DNA from: Octopus vulgaris
Taxonomy: Eukaryota
DNA: 64,000 bases
Direction of reading: 5' to 3'
NCBI GenBank assembly: GCA_951406725.2
Contig: OX597815.1
Coordinates: forward strand, 60,016,001 to 60,080,000
In this document: positions 40,874 through 53,000 of the stretch, in pieces
How the letters are laid out: every line of letters begins with the position of its first letter
How positions within the stretch are numbered: position 1 is the stretch's first letter
Notes under the pieces: model-generated
Seen by the model: the letters and a program-made list of their open reading frames with translations, nothing else
Databases searched by the model: none
What the model was told of the DNA's origin: nothing
Made by a program: the position numbers and the translations under genes

Positions 40874-43800
40874 TGTTACGGACCACCTGGCGTCGCTCGC
40901 CCGATCAGCGAAAGCTCGCCACGGAAACTCGGAGAGGAGAGAGAGAGACAACAACTACAACAACAGCCGCCACAGGAAGAAGAGACACAGAGGCAAGGCA
41001 CACATTTAACGTACTAGTTTATGACAATCATTACAATTGTTACAACATCAATTTCATATCAGATACATCAAAAGAGGACATGCAAGTAACAACACATCAA
41101 ATGCAATAACAACAGCATTTAAAGAGTACACGTCGAATTAAACAACAAATCAATACATCATACAGTCCGGAGACAACAGTTCTGTTTCAAATCACATTAA
41201 AGGCATATACAATGTTCATAGACAAATAAGTTCAGAGTTCTTTTACATTTCGATACATCGATTCTTTTCACTGTCTCATTTCTTTAGCACTGTTCTTTTT
41301 AGCCTTTTTTATAACCATCAACAACATAAACAGTGTTCATTACACAGTTCTCTTTTACATAAATACCACAACTCTTTCCTTCTTTTTCTTCACATATCAA
41401 TACAACAATTCACGTTACAATTCACAACACGTACCGTTACATTAGCCAATGTCTCATATTGTAGTTCCTCTCTATCAGCCGCCTATTCCTCTGTATATCT
41501 CTCTCTCTGTCACAGCAGAACAAACCAAGTGCTAAACTCCATTCCGCCGACTGCTTGCCTTGAATTCCAAATACCGACTGCTCTTTCCCTCTCTCCGGCC
41601 GGAACTGACTTACAGACTCACAGCTCCTTTTTATAAGGTATTTTCTCTGACCCTTTCTTGACCGGCAAAAGGGTAGGGGGTCCTTCCAAAAGCCATTACT
41701 CTTCCCAAAACAAAGGACTATAACTTTGCATTCCAGACTTTCAGACTCCAAGCCAAGCAAAGTAGGTACCAGCCGAACCACAACACTTCCCCCTACCTAA
41801 GCTTTGTCGACCCGACAAAAGTACACCAAATCCGTACCTCCGAGGGCGAGCTCCAGCAGATGTTCCAGGAACTGGAGGTCCCCTTGGGTGGTTTCTCCTC
41901 AGGGGATCTCGCCTCCCACGGCCACCACTTCACCACCGGCCACAAGTTGGCATCTTCCCTCTGCGCCTTGGGTAACACCTCTGCCAAGGCCGCCAGGCTT
42001 CCTACGAGCCGCCTACAATAGGTGCACCGTCCGAGGAAGTTCCTCAAATCCCTCACACAGGCAGGGTCCGGCCAATCCTTCACAGTGGCCACCTTCCTCA
42101 GGGCTCTATACCCCACGTAGCATCTTGCTGTGCGTCTCCATTCCGCGCAATTATCGCCGACGACCAGGGACCATTCCGCCTTTCCACTGTTCCCTGTCGC
42201 CGATATCTCCTCTTTCGCTGCTGTACTGGGACCATTCCCCGGCCTCGCTGCTTCCTCAAGCGACGACCGCCCTGGTTGATGAAGCACTCCGCCAGGTTCG
42301 TGCGACCAACATCCGACACCCCTCGCGACCAACGTCCTGCGCTTTTCACCAACATCCGAGTGCCAACTAAGCAACGGCGACTCCTTGCGGACCGCCTCCG
42401 CAACCGCATCGGTGGGCCACCATCTCCTTCGACTGCGTTGCCATATCGGCAGAACTGGACCCGCCACTGGTTCGCCATCTGGCACGATTCCTCGATTTGC
42501 CCTCTACAAATCGCCTGTGCCACTTCCAAAAGATCGGCCGACCCAGCCAGCGCTCTGCCAGCTTCTGCTTCTACTAGGGTCCACCCGACCCTCAATTGAG
42601 CTTTCACTATGCACTGCCTGTCGGGCTCCACCGGCCCAAAGCAGCCATCAACCACAAAGCTCACCCAACGCTGAAGCAGTCTTCCTGGTCTTGGTAGACC
42701 CACCACCGTTCGCAGCCGTCTCGCCTCGTCCCCAGGCTTGGTCCTCTTCCTCACCAGCTTCTGCACCGAAGGCTTCACAACACGTACGCTCGGCCGCCAG
42801 TCCTCTCCACATTTGGAACCATACAGTCCTTCTGAGCCCCGAGAGACAGGGGCCCAGACACCAAAGGACTCGCACACGGCACATCACCCGCAGCGACCAT
42901 TACACACAGAGCCGGAACCTCGGATCCAGCGATATCCGATCCAGACTTCGCCAGCTCTTCGTCCCGAGCTCCGAGAGACAGGGGTCGAGATGCCAAGGGC
43001 TCCAGACACGGAACAACAGCATCAGCCATCACACATTCAGCAGGCTTTTCGGTTTTCTCAACCTCTACGGGTTCCATATCACAAGGTTTCTCGGGTCCAC
43101 TTCCTTCATTATCCATTTCATTTGATGCTTCATTTGACGGGCAATCTCCGCCCACAGGACCGTCGCTATCCCCGGTCCAACACCGATCCTCCAAGGCTGA
43201 CCCATCCATAACCTCAGGCTCTTCCCGATCTGCCCACAGGCCCTGTCGCCTCTTGTCCATCCTTTCCAAGAATGTGTTCGTCTGCGTCATCTGGCCCCTC
43301 AACATCTCTATAATCAAGGCAAGTGAGATCTCCTCCCCTCCGGTCTGACTACCAGACGAATCCATAGCGAAAAGCCGATCGAGCGCAGCAATCAGGAAAA
43401 TCCCAACTTCTGACACCAATTGTTACGGACCACCTGCCGTCGCTCGCCCGATCAGCGAAAGCTCGCCACGGAAACTCGGAGAAGAGAGAGAGAGACAACA
43501 ACTACAACAACAGCCGCCACAGGAAGAAGAGACACAGAGGCAAGGCACACATTTAACGTACTAGTTTATGACAATCATTACAATTGTTACAACATCAATT
43601 ACATATCAGATACATCAAAAGAGGACATGCAAGTAACAACACATCAAATGCAATAACAACAGCATTTAAAGAGTACACGTCGAATTAAACAACAAATCAA
43701 TACATCATACAGTCCGGAGACAACAGTTCTGTTTCAAATCACATTAAAGGCATATACAATGTTCATAGACAAATAAGTTCAGAGTTCTTTTACATTTCGA

Positions 43801-44345
43801 TACATCGATTCTTTTCACTGTCTCATTTCTTTAGCACTGTTCTTTTTAGCCTTTTTTATAACCATCAACAACATAAACAGTGTTCATTACACAGTTCTCT
43901 TTTACATAAATACCACAACTCTTTCCTTCTTTTTCTTCACATATCAATACAACAATTCACGTTACAATTCACAACACGTACCGTTACATTAGCCAATGTC
44001 TCATATTGTAGTTCCTCTCTATCAGCCGCCTATTCCTCTGTATATCTCTCTCTCTGTCACAGCAGAACAAACAAACTGCTAAACTCCAAACCGCCGACTG
44101 CTTGCCTTGAATTCCAAATACCGACTGCGCTTTCCCTCTCTCCGGCCGGAACTGACTTACAGACTCACAGCTCCTTTTTATAAGGTATTTTCTCTGACCC
44201 TTTCTTGACCGGCAAAAGGGTAGGGGGTCCTTCCAAAAGCCATTACTCTTCCCAAAACAAAGGACTATAACTTTGCATTCCAGACTTTCAGACTCCAAGC
44301 CAAGCAAAGTAGGTCAAGAAGTACTGTACCAGCCGAACCACAACA
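40874..44345 (-). mobile_element. Young non-autonomous Gypsy-type LTR retroelement
   Basis: Near-identical TG..CA LTRs at 40874-41785 and 43421-44345, ATAT TSD, minus-strand PBS TGGTGTCAGAAGT at about 43406-43418 (tRNA-Leu-like), PPT AGGGGGAAG at 41786-41794, and a 1.6-kb interior with pol remnants. Confidence 0.93.
41793..43419 (-). pseudogene. Internally deleted gag/pol remnant of the LTR element
   Basis: DVGRTNLAECFIN, ARCYVGYRAL (compare RFCVDYRAL), KVATVKDWPDPACVRDLRNFLGRCTYCRRLV. No YxDD, RNase H or integrase motifs seen. Confidence 0.75.
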
Positions 44346-44368
44346 ATATACATACATATATATATATA

Positions 44369-44554
44369 GGCGTAGGAGTGCTGTGTGGTAAGTAGCTTGC
44401 TTACGAACCACATGGTTCCGGGTTCTGTCCCACTGCGTGGCACCTTGGGCAAGTATCCTCTACTATAGCCCCGCGCCGACCAAAGCCCTGTGAGTGGATT
44501 TGGTGGATGGAAACAGAAAGAGGCCCATCGTATATATGTATGTATATATATATG

Positions 44555-44594
<40 letters not shown>

Positions 44595-44826
44595 TATGTG
44601 TGCGTGTGCGTATATGTTTGTGTGTCCGTGTTTGTCCCCCAACATCGCTTGACAACCGATGCTGGTGTGTTTACGTCCCCGTAACATAGCGGTTCGGTAA
44701 AAGACCGATAGAATAAGTACTAGGCTTACAAAGAATAAGTCCTGGGGTCGATTTGCTCGACTAAAGGCGGTGTTCCAGCATGGCCACAGTCAAATGACTG
44801 AAACAAGTAAAAGAGTAAAGGAGAGT
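44369..44826 (+). mobile_element. Full-length tRNA-derived SINE family B
   Basis: A-box-like GTGCTGTGTGGTAAG, B-box-like GGGTTCTGTCCC, internal (TA)n, tail GACTGAAACAAGTAAAAGAGTAAAG. Confidence 0.88.
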
Positions 44827-44931
44827 ATATATAGCAACATATATATACACATGGATATATATATATATATAAATTTATATATACACACACACACATATAT
44901 ATATAACTACATATATACATATACATACATA

Positions 44932-44975
<44 letters not shown>

Positions 44976-45012
44976 AATAATCAACATAAGCAACAAGAAT
45001 GACTCCGGTAAT

Positions 45013-45098
45013 TTGGTACGATCGTTTCATACTACATCATTTTATTAAATGTTGTAAGTATTACAACAGATTTAAAATGCCTAGTACTCATCAGCCAA
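45013..45098 (-). ncRNA. Type I hammerhead ribozyme, fully canonical
   Basis: Minus strand: uugg-CUGAUGA-guacua..long stem II..uaguau-GAAA-cgaucg-UA-ccaa. Palindromic stem III ACGAUCGU and a GUA triplet. Confidence 0.88.
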
Positions 45099-45713
45099 TT
45101 ATAGAGGTTTTCCATTAATACAAAAATTTTCATATCAATACAAAAATTTTCATATATACATGTATATATATGTATATACGTATATGGGAAAATAAGTTCA
45201 AAAAAGAACAATTCAAACTTTTTGAGAGATCCAAAAAGAGAGAAATAATGATTTCTAATAAAGATTCATCATATTCATAAAAAACAGCCAGAGCAATTAA
45301 TAAGAATATGAGAATAGTAGTTGAAAAATATCGTTATAAGTATAAATATACCATAAACAATTATAGTAAAATGGAGGAGAAAAAGATGTTGCATCAAAAT
45401 TAGATTTAATAGAAAATTGGATTCAATACATACGCGCGTTTCAAAGACAATACAAATATGTAAGAATAAAATTATAATCATAGTAATTATAATTAAATTT
45501 ATGCATTGTCTAATATTGTATATATATATTTTATTAATTTGCCTGTACGGCTGATAATCCGCTTGTCACTCGTGATTGTATTTTAATAATGCCATCCCTG
45601 TATTTATTAATAAATAATTTACACATTTCATTTGTTCCTATAGTGCTTGGCCACTTCAAACGAACTTTTGCAGGCATGATCGGGGAGAATATAATCGTCA
45701 TTTAGCTGGCAGA

Positions 45714-45772
45714 CTTTGACTGATGAGAAATCAGGCACCTATCTGGCGCTAAATTTCGAAACCGGTACCAAG
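45714..45772 (+). ncRNA. Type I hammerhead ribozyme, intact core
   Basis: cuuuga-CUGAUGA-gaaau..auuuc-GAAA-ccgg-UA-ccaag. Palindromic stem III ACCGGU. The closing pair of stem I is mismatched. Confidence 0.8.
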
Positions 45773-46054
45773 TTGATCAGTATTTACTTGTTCTGACCCA
45801 GTAGCGGTAAGAAATTATTATTGTTCACTGATATGTTTTCTTATCATGTCTGTAATAGATTTGCGACTATTCGGTGGTACAGAAGTATTTTTTTATTTTT
45901 ATTTTTAGCGATATAGGTACTCATGTAATACCCTTGTGTATACATGTACATATCTAATATTGTATGTATATATTTTATTATTTAGCCTGTAAGGCTTATA
46001 ATTCGCTTGCCACGCGTGATAGTATTCTAATAATACCATCCCATATTTATTTAT

Positions 46055-46126
<72 letters not shown>

Positions 46127-46130
46127 ATAC

Positions 46131-46181
<51 letters not shown>

Positions 46182-46204
46182 CATATATATACGTATATAT
46201 ATAT

Positions 46205-46235
<31 letters not shown>

Positions 46236-46269
46236 CACACACATATATACTTATGTATTATAAATGAAT

Positions 46270-47090
46270 AAATAAATAGATGGAGTTGAACGAAGATGTT
46301 AATAAAATTCTGTTACTTTCGACATATGGTTTTATTCCAAAGGAATAAACGGTGTAAAATGCAATCTTCTCATCAGGAAAAAAAGAGAGCCTCTCTCAAC
46401 AACAAGACATTATAACAATTACGATGACTGCCTAAATGATAAACAGAACGTTATTAAGTATTTAAAAAAACCGTTAGTAGATTTGACGTCAAAGGCAGAT
46501 AGTAGTAAGAGAAGGGTTAAAGGAATAATAAGTAGAGAACAAATAGAGAGGGATACGTTGATTGAAAAAATGTTCAAAGGCTTAGAAATAGACTTCTCTA
46601 TTGAAGTAAAGTGCAAGTTAAACTAACTGTTCAAACTATAAAGACTGGCGAAATCACTTATATGAGTAAAAAGTATGTTTCTGCCAGTGTTTAAATTTGT
46701 ACGATCGCTCTATAAGTGTGTTCACAAGGTGATTCTTAGAGAAGAGAATATGGAAGAGTTCAGAGTTGCAAATGTTACAAAATCTCTTGCCCTTATCGAA
46801 AGGAAAGGATACGGAGAGTATGAACCAATCTAACTTAAAATCTTTATTGTTGTCTTTAAGATGCCACACCAATTTACTTAGCCCTGTACTATGGCGTTTT
46901 TTGCTATCCCTAAATAATGAATAATGATTTGAAATTCTCTTGGATAACTGGGAAGTGGACGCGCCTATGTAGAAGTAGACATTGGTACCGGAAGAAATGT
47001 TACACTGGTATATAGAATACTTGATCTTAGAATTATTAGACAAAAATTTAATTCTGTTGGGGTTGTCCTCAGAGATCAAAACCAAGATTT
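46270..47090 (-). mobile_element. Penelope-like element 3' part: GIY-YIG endonuclease ORF (46654-47085) and 3' region
   Basis: SIYQCNISSGTNVYFYIGASTSQLSKRISNH..STGLSKLVWHLKD..CNICNSELFHIL. Confidence 0.88.
46317..46381 (-). ncRNA. Damaged hammerhead motif, same family as 49393-49475
   Basis: Minus strand: uuuc-CUGAUGA-gaag..(GAAA box disrupted)-cauaug-UC-gaaa. Confidence 0.6.
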
Positions 47091-47094
47091 TATT

Positions 47095-47565
47095 GTTATT
47101 ATTATTATTATTATTATTATATGTTTGACTTTTGCTTTATATTTGTACAAGTTGGCTCCAAGTTTCACCCAGAGACCTCAAGAGACAACAGGTTGGAAGT
47201 TCATGTTGCTGTTATGCCTAGTGTACCATATATTTGGGGGGTGGGGTGTTGTACTAGTGAATGTCTAAAAAAAAAAAATAAAATAAAATAAACGAAAATT
47301 ATGTTTGTTTTAAACCTTGAGATTACATACAAAGTATTTTGCGTAGGATATGAGCAGTTCCCATGAGCACTATATTTTGAATTTCTGCCATTTTGGGGTT
47401 TCCTGGTATCTGAGTTAGGTAGCAATCAGCCCCTTTTGCTATCATTCCTAGGGCACCTATGCCAACAAGTATTGTTTTAGTCTTCAGGTTCCACATTTTG
47501 CTGATTTCTATTTCAAGATCTTTATATTTGCTCAGTTTTTGGTAGGTCTTGACAGATACGTTCAT
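47095..47565 (-). mobile_element. 3' end of a third Dong-like family with (TAA)n tail, abutting the Penelope GIY-YIG ORF
   Basis: KLSKYKDLEIEISKMWNLKT..GIGALGMI..IQNIVLMGTAHILRKIL, then a 3' UTR and (TAA)n. Confidence 0.85.
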
Positions 47566-48175
47566 ACATTGATTCTGCTCAATCTAGTCCTATATGAGAA
47601 ATTCAAAAGAAAGATCTACTCAAGACAAAATATCTAGTTGTAATAGTAAGAGTGATTTTAATTCTAATATTGTAAGCAGCGCAATACATAATATAAATTC
47701 TTTAAGGAGAAGGGGAGGTAAGCGTTATTTAACCTCAAATTTCCACCCAAGAAAATTTTCCCCTACCTTTATAGATAATACCACTTACAATTTAAATGTC
47801 ACTAGAACCTTTATTTAGCAGATTGGTATTGTGAGAAGATATAATTTGTGAAAGATTCTTAGTGTTGGAGAAAGCGACTCTAACTTTGTGAGACTTAATA
47901 ATCGATTAATATCTAGAATTTTTGGGAAAGTTCCTAGCAACCGCTTCACGGAACAGCAATGGAAGGTTCGATTTAATTTGTTTTCCAAATGGAATTTATA
48001 ACACGCAGATGTCTGTACATTAACCCGGAGATTCTACCTTTGGATAGGTCGCTTCAACCGTGTTTCTGACGTGAATTTTGCTACCCTGGTAACAGGTTAT
48101 TGAATTTTCCATGTTAACGGTAAACATAGGATAATTCCTTCATCCATTTATATACTTATGTATATACATATATAG

Positions 48176-48234
<59 letters not shown>

Positions 48235-48309
48235 CATACACACATACATATATATATATATACATATATACTTACACATATATAGACATATGCATATACA
48301 TATACATAT

Positions 48310-49515
48310 GATTCGTGAAGCTATAGAAAAGATTTCCCAAGAAATTCAAGATGCTATTCGATTATTAACTCACACCAAATTAGGATACGTTTTTCTAACA
48401 AAAATCTTTCACAAATGTTGTTAAATACAAATCCACTTAATGAAAATACTAACATTAATTTTAGTAGAACTAAGCATTTTTTAAATAATAATAACTGCGG
48501 GGTTATTGCTTCTGAAGTCAACTCCAATTGCATTCGTTTTCTTATTAGCAGTAATTCTAAGATTGGAAACTCTATCTATCAATGTAAAATTACTTCCGGT
48601 TCTAACGTCTTTTTTTTATATAGGTAGTTCTTCATTCGGCATATCAATAAATGTAACAAGGGTAGAAAACATTGCGGGGTCTGTAATTCCGAACTTTTTC
48701 ATATTTTGTTCGCCAAAGTCCCTTTAATAAATACAATCGTCGAGAGGTCCTACAGATGCATGCACTGGCAAAAACACACCTTTCAATCATATGAATAATG
48801 ATTAATACAGATAGCCCCTTGAATTTTAATTAATATAACCTTTTTTTTATATATATATATTTCACCCCCATAGTCAAAAAATTCTTTTTATACTTTCAAA
48901 GAACTACTACTCAACCCAGTGAGTATGCGTTACCTTTGTCCCTATACCTCGCCCTCCTCTTTCTCTCTCTCTTTCCCTCTATCTATTGTAAGCACATTTA
49001 AACACACAGACACAAACCTTTCACCTCAACACTGTCTGTTTTCTGACACCCACCCATCCACAAACACAATCACGCACACACATACACACACACACACACA
49101 CACACATTAATGCCGTTATATACAGTCACACACACAGACACTCACTCACAAAATAAAATTCACTATTCATTTGAACTGCACCCTTTCACCTTCCTATTCT
49201 TATGCCTCTCTTATCCTACTTCGTTTGAACCCTTGAACCTTTAGAACCTTCTAGATACTTCTACATCCAACCATTTTGACGTCACTCCTTATAAAGGAAT
49301 TTTTGAAAGAGACACTCATTTTCACTATGGGCTCCGTGTGAGCAGTCATCTAAAAGTTTTTGCGCATCTTGATGTTGACATAAGTTCCTTGCTTTTCCTG
49401 ATGAGAAAGCGGCATAATATACTCCGTATTCCTTCGCAATTAGGAATATGCAGCCTTCGAAACATATGTCGAAAATAAAGGAAATGTGTTAATTCGTCGT
49501 TCAACTCCATTCTTT
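48310..49515 (+). mobile_element. Second, deleted copy of the 46270-47090 Penelope family in opposite orientation
   Basis: CIRFLISSNSKIGNSIYQCKITSGSNVFF.YIGSSS at about 48525-48635. The 3' tip CGTTCAACTCCAT is shared with 46280-46292. Confidence 0.7.
49393..49475 (+). ncRNA. Type I hammerhead ribozyme, fully canonical
   Basis: uuuuc-CUGAUGA-gaa..(uauuccu/aggaaua hairpin)..uuc-GAAA-cauaug-UC-gaaaa. Palindromic stem III ACAUAUGU and a GUC triplet. Confidence 0.88.
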
Positions 49516-49654
49516 CATATATTTATAATTTTAAAAAAAACATACAAATTTCCATACGAAAGCACGTAACTTCAAACGTGTCTTCTCATGTGAATTTGCT
49601 ACCCAGGTATCGGTTAACCGAATTATCCATAACAAGATAATTCATTCAACTACT

Positions 49655-49718
<64 letters not shown>

Positions 49719-49767
49719 ATTTTTCGATTTGGTGAGCAACGTTCTTTATGTGAGTTCGTGTGTTGAA

Positions 49768-50023
49768 GTATATCGTGTCGTGCCTGGGGAGAGTCATTCG
49801 CTTTTAGTGCCTTATAATTTAATACACACATCGGCAAAATTTCCACTGCTCTCTTTTTTATTTTTCCCAAATTTTCGTTGCGTCAAAACTATTGAAAAGG
49901 TTGCAAGACGAAACGAAAATTTTAGAGAAATAAAAAAGAATTAAGTGGAAATTTTTCTGGTGATTGTGTTAAATTATAAGGCACTAAAAGTGAATGACCC
50001 TCTGCAGACACAACAGCATATAT
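49768..50023. repeat. Imperfect fold-back repeat
   Basis: GTCATTCGCTTTTAGTGCCTTATAATTTAA versus TTAAATTATAAGGCACTAAAAGTGAATGAC, with an inner pair AAATTTTCGTTGCGTC / GACGAAACGAAAATTT. Confidence 0.75.
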
Positions 50024-50024
50024 A

Positions 50025-53000
50025 CCGTAAATCCTCGAGTATAGTCCGCCCTTGAGTATAATACGCAGGGGATTTTTAGGTGGCTTTACGTCTGAAAAAC
50101 CTAAACCTTGTTTATAATACGCACCCCTTCTCTAACTTGAGTCAAGGAGGTCTATATAACATCCTTGGTTTGTAAAAATGTATACGGTAATGTCCCTTAT
50201 TATTATTGTATATATAACATACTTCCGGTTTCGTAGAAGAAGGACGTGCTTCTTTCGCTCTGTGAAAAAAAAAAAAAAAAGGGGTTGCATAAATCGACGA
50301 AATAATCTACTAAAACCAACAAAAACGTAGATCTTGTTATCTCATAACGGTCTACTAAAATATATTAATTAAAAACCGTAATATATTTCGCTTCAAGCCA
50401 AATATAATACATTAAAGTCAGTTACGCATGCGAGATTTTTCGTCGGAAAAGCACGTGGTTGTAAGTCGTATTTTTATTTCCAGCTGAATGTAAGAAGCAA
50501 AAAGAATTGTTTTCTTTTCTATTTTGAAAGAAAACTTCTCCGTACAAGAACAAAGATTTGGAATTTTACCTCTTGCGAATAAGTATCCTTTTCATTTGTT
50601 TATTTTCCTGTTATTCAATGTAACATCTGAGTTAGGACCTCATATTCATTTACATTCTGTGAATAATCTTCTTTCAATTTCTGTTACAGCGCCCACTTTG
50701 CTTTCAATCTATTTTCACTTTATCTCTTTAAAATTATTTAGAAATCCTTTTCATTTGTTTAAAATTGTTTCATTTGTTTAAAATTATTTAGAAATATAAT
50801 CGTAATTAGTTTAGAAGAGAACTTTCGTAGTTACAGAAAGGTATATATTTATTTGTTACTTTATTTATTTTTTCCTATCTTTTGCATAACTTCCTCTCTT
50901 TCATTTCTTTCTTTCTCTGTCTCATCACTTCTCTCTGTCACGCCATCTTTCTTCTCTCAGCCTCTCAATCTTCCTAAATATATAGACGCGAATATTCTCG
51001 TCTCTCTCTCTCACTTTCTTCTTATCTTCACTCAGCCGCTCAGTCCCTCTAAATACATAGACACTTACTTTCTCTATTTCTTCTCTACCTTCCATCACAC
51101 TGTTAACAATTTTAAATATAATTAGATAGATAAATAAATAGAATATCCAAAACAGGCCAGAACCACCTGGAGGAGCATGGAAATGGCATTGTTTTTGAGA
51201 GCCTGGTACTGTGCTGAAGGAGATAACCCAAACAACATAATTACAGCTGCGCTGAAGAGCAATGGTTACACCAGAAATTTAGCACAGATAGAGCGAAAGA
51301 AGCAGGAGTTTATGCGCTCCTATGCTCTCATAAGATCCCATATCAGCACTCTTGATGCCATCTTTGCAATGAACAAAGCAAAGATGACAAGGATGGAGGC
51401 ACAGATGCAGATGAAAGATGTCACCCCCACTTGGTAGACACCCAGGACAACAAAGAAGATTCAAGTGAGAAACCTGCCCGGGAAGAAAACCTAAGTGCAA
51501 GTGCCCCTACCAGCATCAAAAGGCAAAACCATGGAGATGAAAGAGCCAAGAAATAAGCAAAAGAAGGGAAAACTAAAAGAAAAACAAAAGATGAAACAGC
51601 CAAAGAAGGAAAAACTAAAACTAAAACATAAAAAAAGATGAAACAGCCAATGAAAGAAGCAAGCCTGACTATCCATATAACAAAAAGGATAGAAAGAGAC
51701 AGCACACACGGATGTGCAAATTCTACCTGAAAGGTGTCTTCTGGCATGGAGAGGAAGGTCACATAAACATGAAACAGGGCGGAAACTACCTGCCAAAAAG
51801 AAAAGGAAAGGAATACGCACCACCTGCCCCAAAACGGAGATAAACAGATGTAGTGCGTGTTACAAACCAAACCCATCAACATGTTATTGAAAGGGCAGCT
51901 GCTGAACAAGAATCTTTTTTGTGCATGGCACAAAAGATTGTACTGCAGCTGACCTGGCTCCATTAATCTCACAGATGGGACTATGCACAATACACAAGAC
52001 CACCACAGCAAATAGACCCAAGGTGGACACCACTGGCAACAACACAAACATCACATCGATGCTCTTACTGAATATTAGAGGACTGCTAACACTCAGTAAC
52101 AGGACAAAAATCCCTTTCTTGTTGTATGCAATCAAGCCTTATGCATAGCACTTACGGAAACACACCTGAAACCAGATATAGCAGATGCGGAAATACACAT
52201 ACCACAGTATGTTGTATTACAGACCGACAGAAAAGAAAGGAATCATGGTGGAGTTGCTATGCACATCCGTGAGGACCTCACACCCCAGATCCTTTTGTCA
52301 TACATAAATTTGGTGTGTGACACACTAATTATACATATAAGGCAATTCGGTGTAGTTGTATGTGCTACATATCGTCCTCCAGATGCTCCAAGTCATGTAG
52401 GCAAGTTTGAAGTCTGCCTTACAAAAATAGAAGTTCTAGTCACATTAGAACAACACATAAGTGTACTTCTTATGGGAGACTTCAATCTGCCCAATGTCAG
52501 ATGGTCTGAGGGCTTTTCTCTCCCAGGAATGACACGATGCGAACGTCGACAGGTGAGGTCCCTCCTGAACCTCATCAACACTTTGTACGTGGAGCAAATA
52601 GTACTACAACCAACCAGGGCAGGTAACATACTGGATCTCTGCTTCACGAATAATATGGATCTCATCCATAATGTGAAAGTGACACCGACACTACTCTCGG
52701 ATCACAGCATGGTAGAGCTGACCATGTACGGGCCAAAGGAAAGCATGGATATGCAGCCTACAAGAAACTCTCAGAATCTTTCCAGCTTGAACTTCCATAA
52801 GGCAAACTGGAAACAAATTGAGAAAGAGATCCTAAACAAAACTGGCCTAAATGTCTCTCCTCACCAGACATCGATATAAAACTTCAACAATTCATGTCTG
52901 TAATGCAAGCTATATGCTACAAATGTGTCCCAGAGAGAAAGGCCACTGTACACAAGAACAAAATCCATAGGGAGAGGAAAATACTTATGAGACGGCGTAC

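Noticed and set aside
42276-43211. Long plus-strand ORFs inside the LTR element
   Set aside because: Antisense shadows of GC-rich gag/pol-derived sequence with no recognisable motifs.
44369-44445. tRNA-like heads of the SINEs
   Set aside because: They are SINE Pol III promoter regions with no complete cloverleaf, so not called as tRNA genes.
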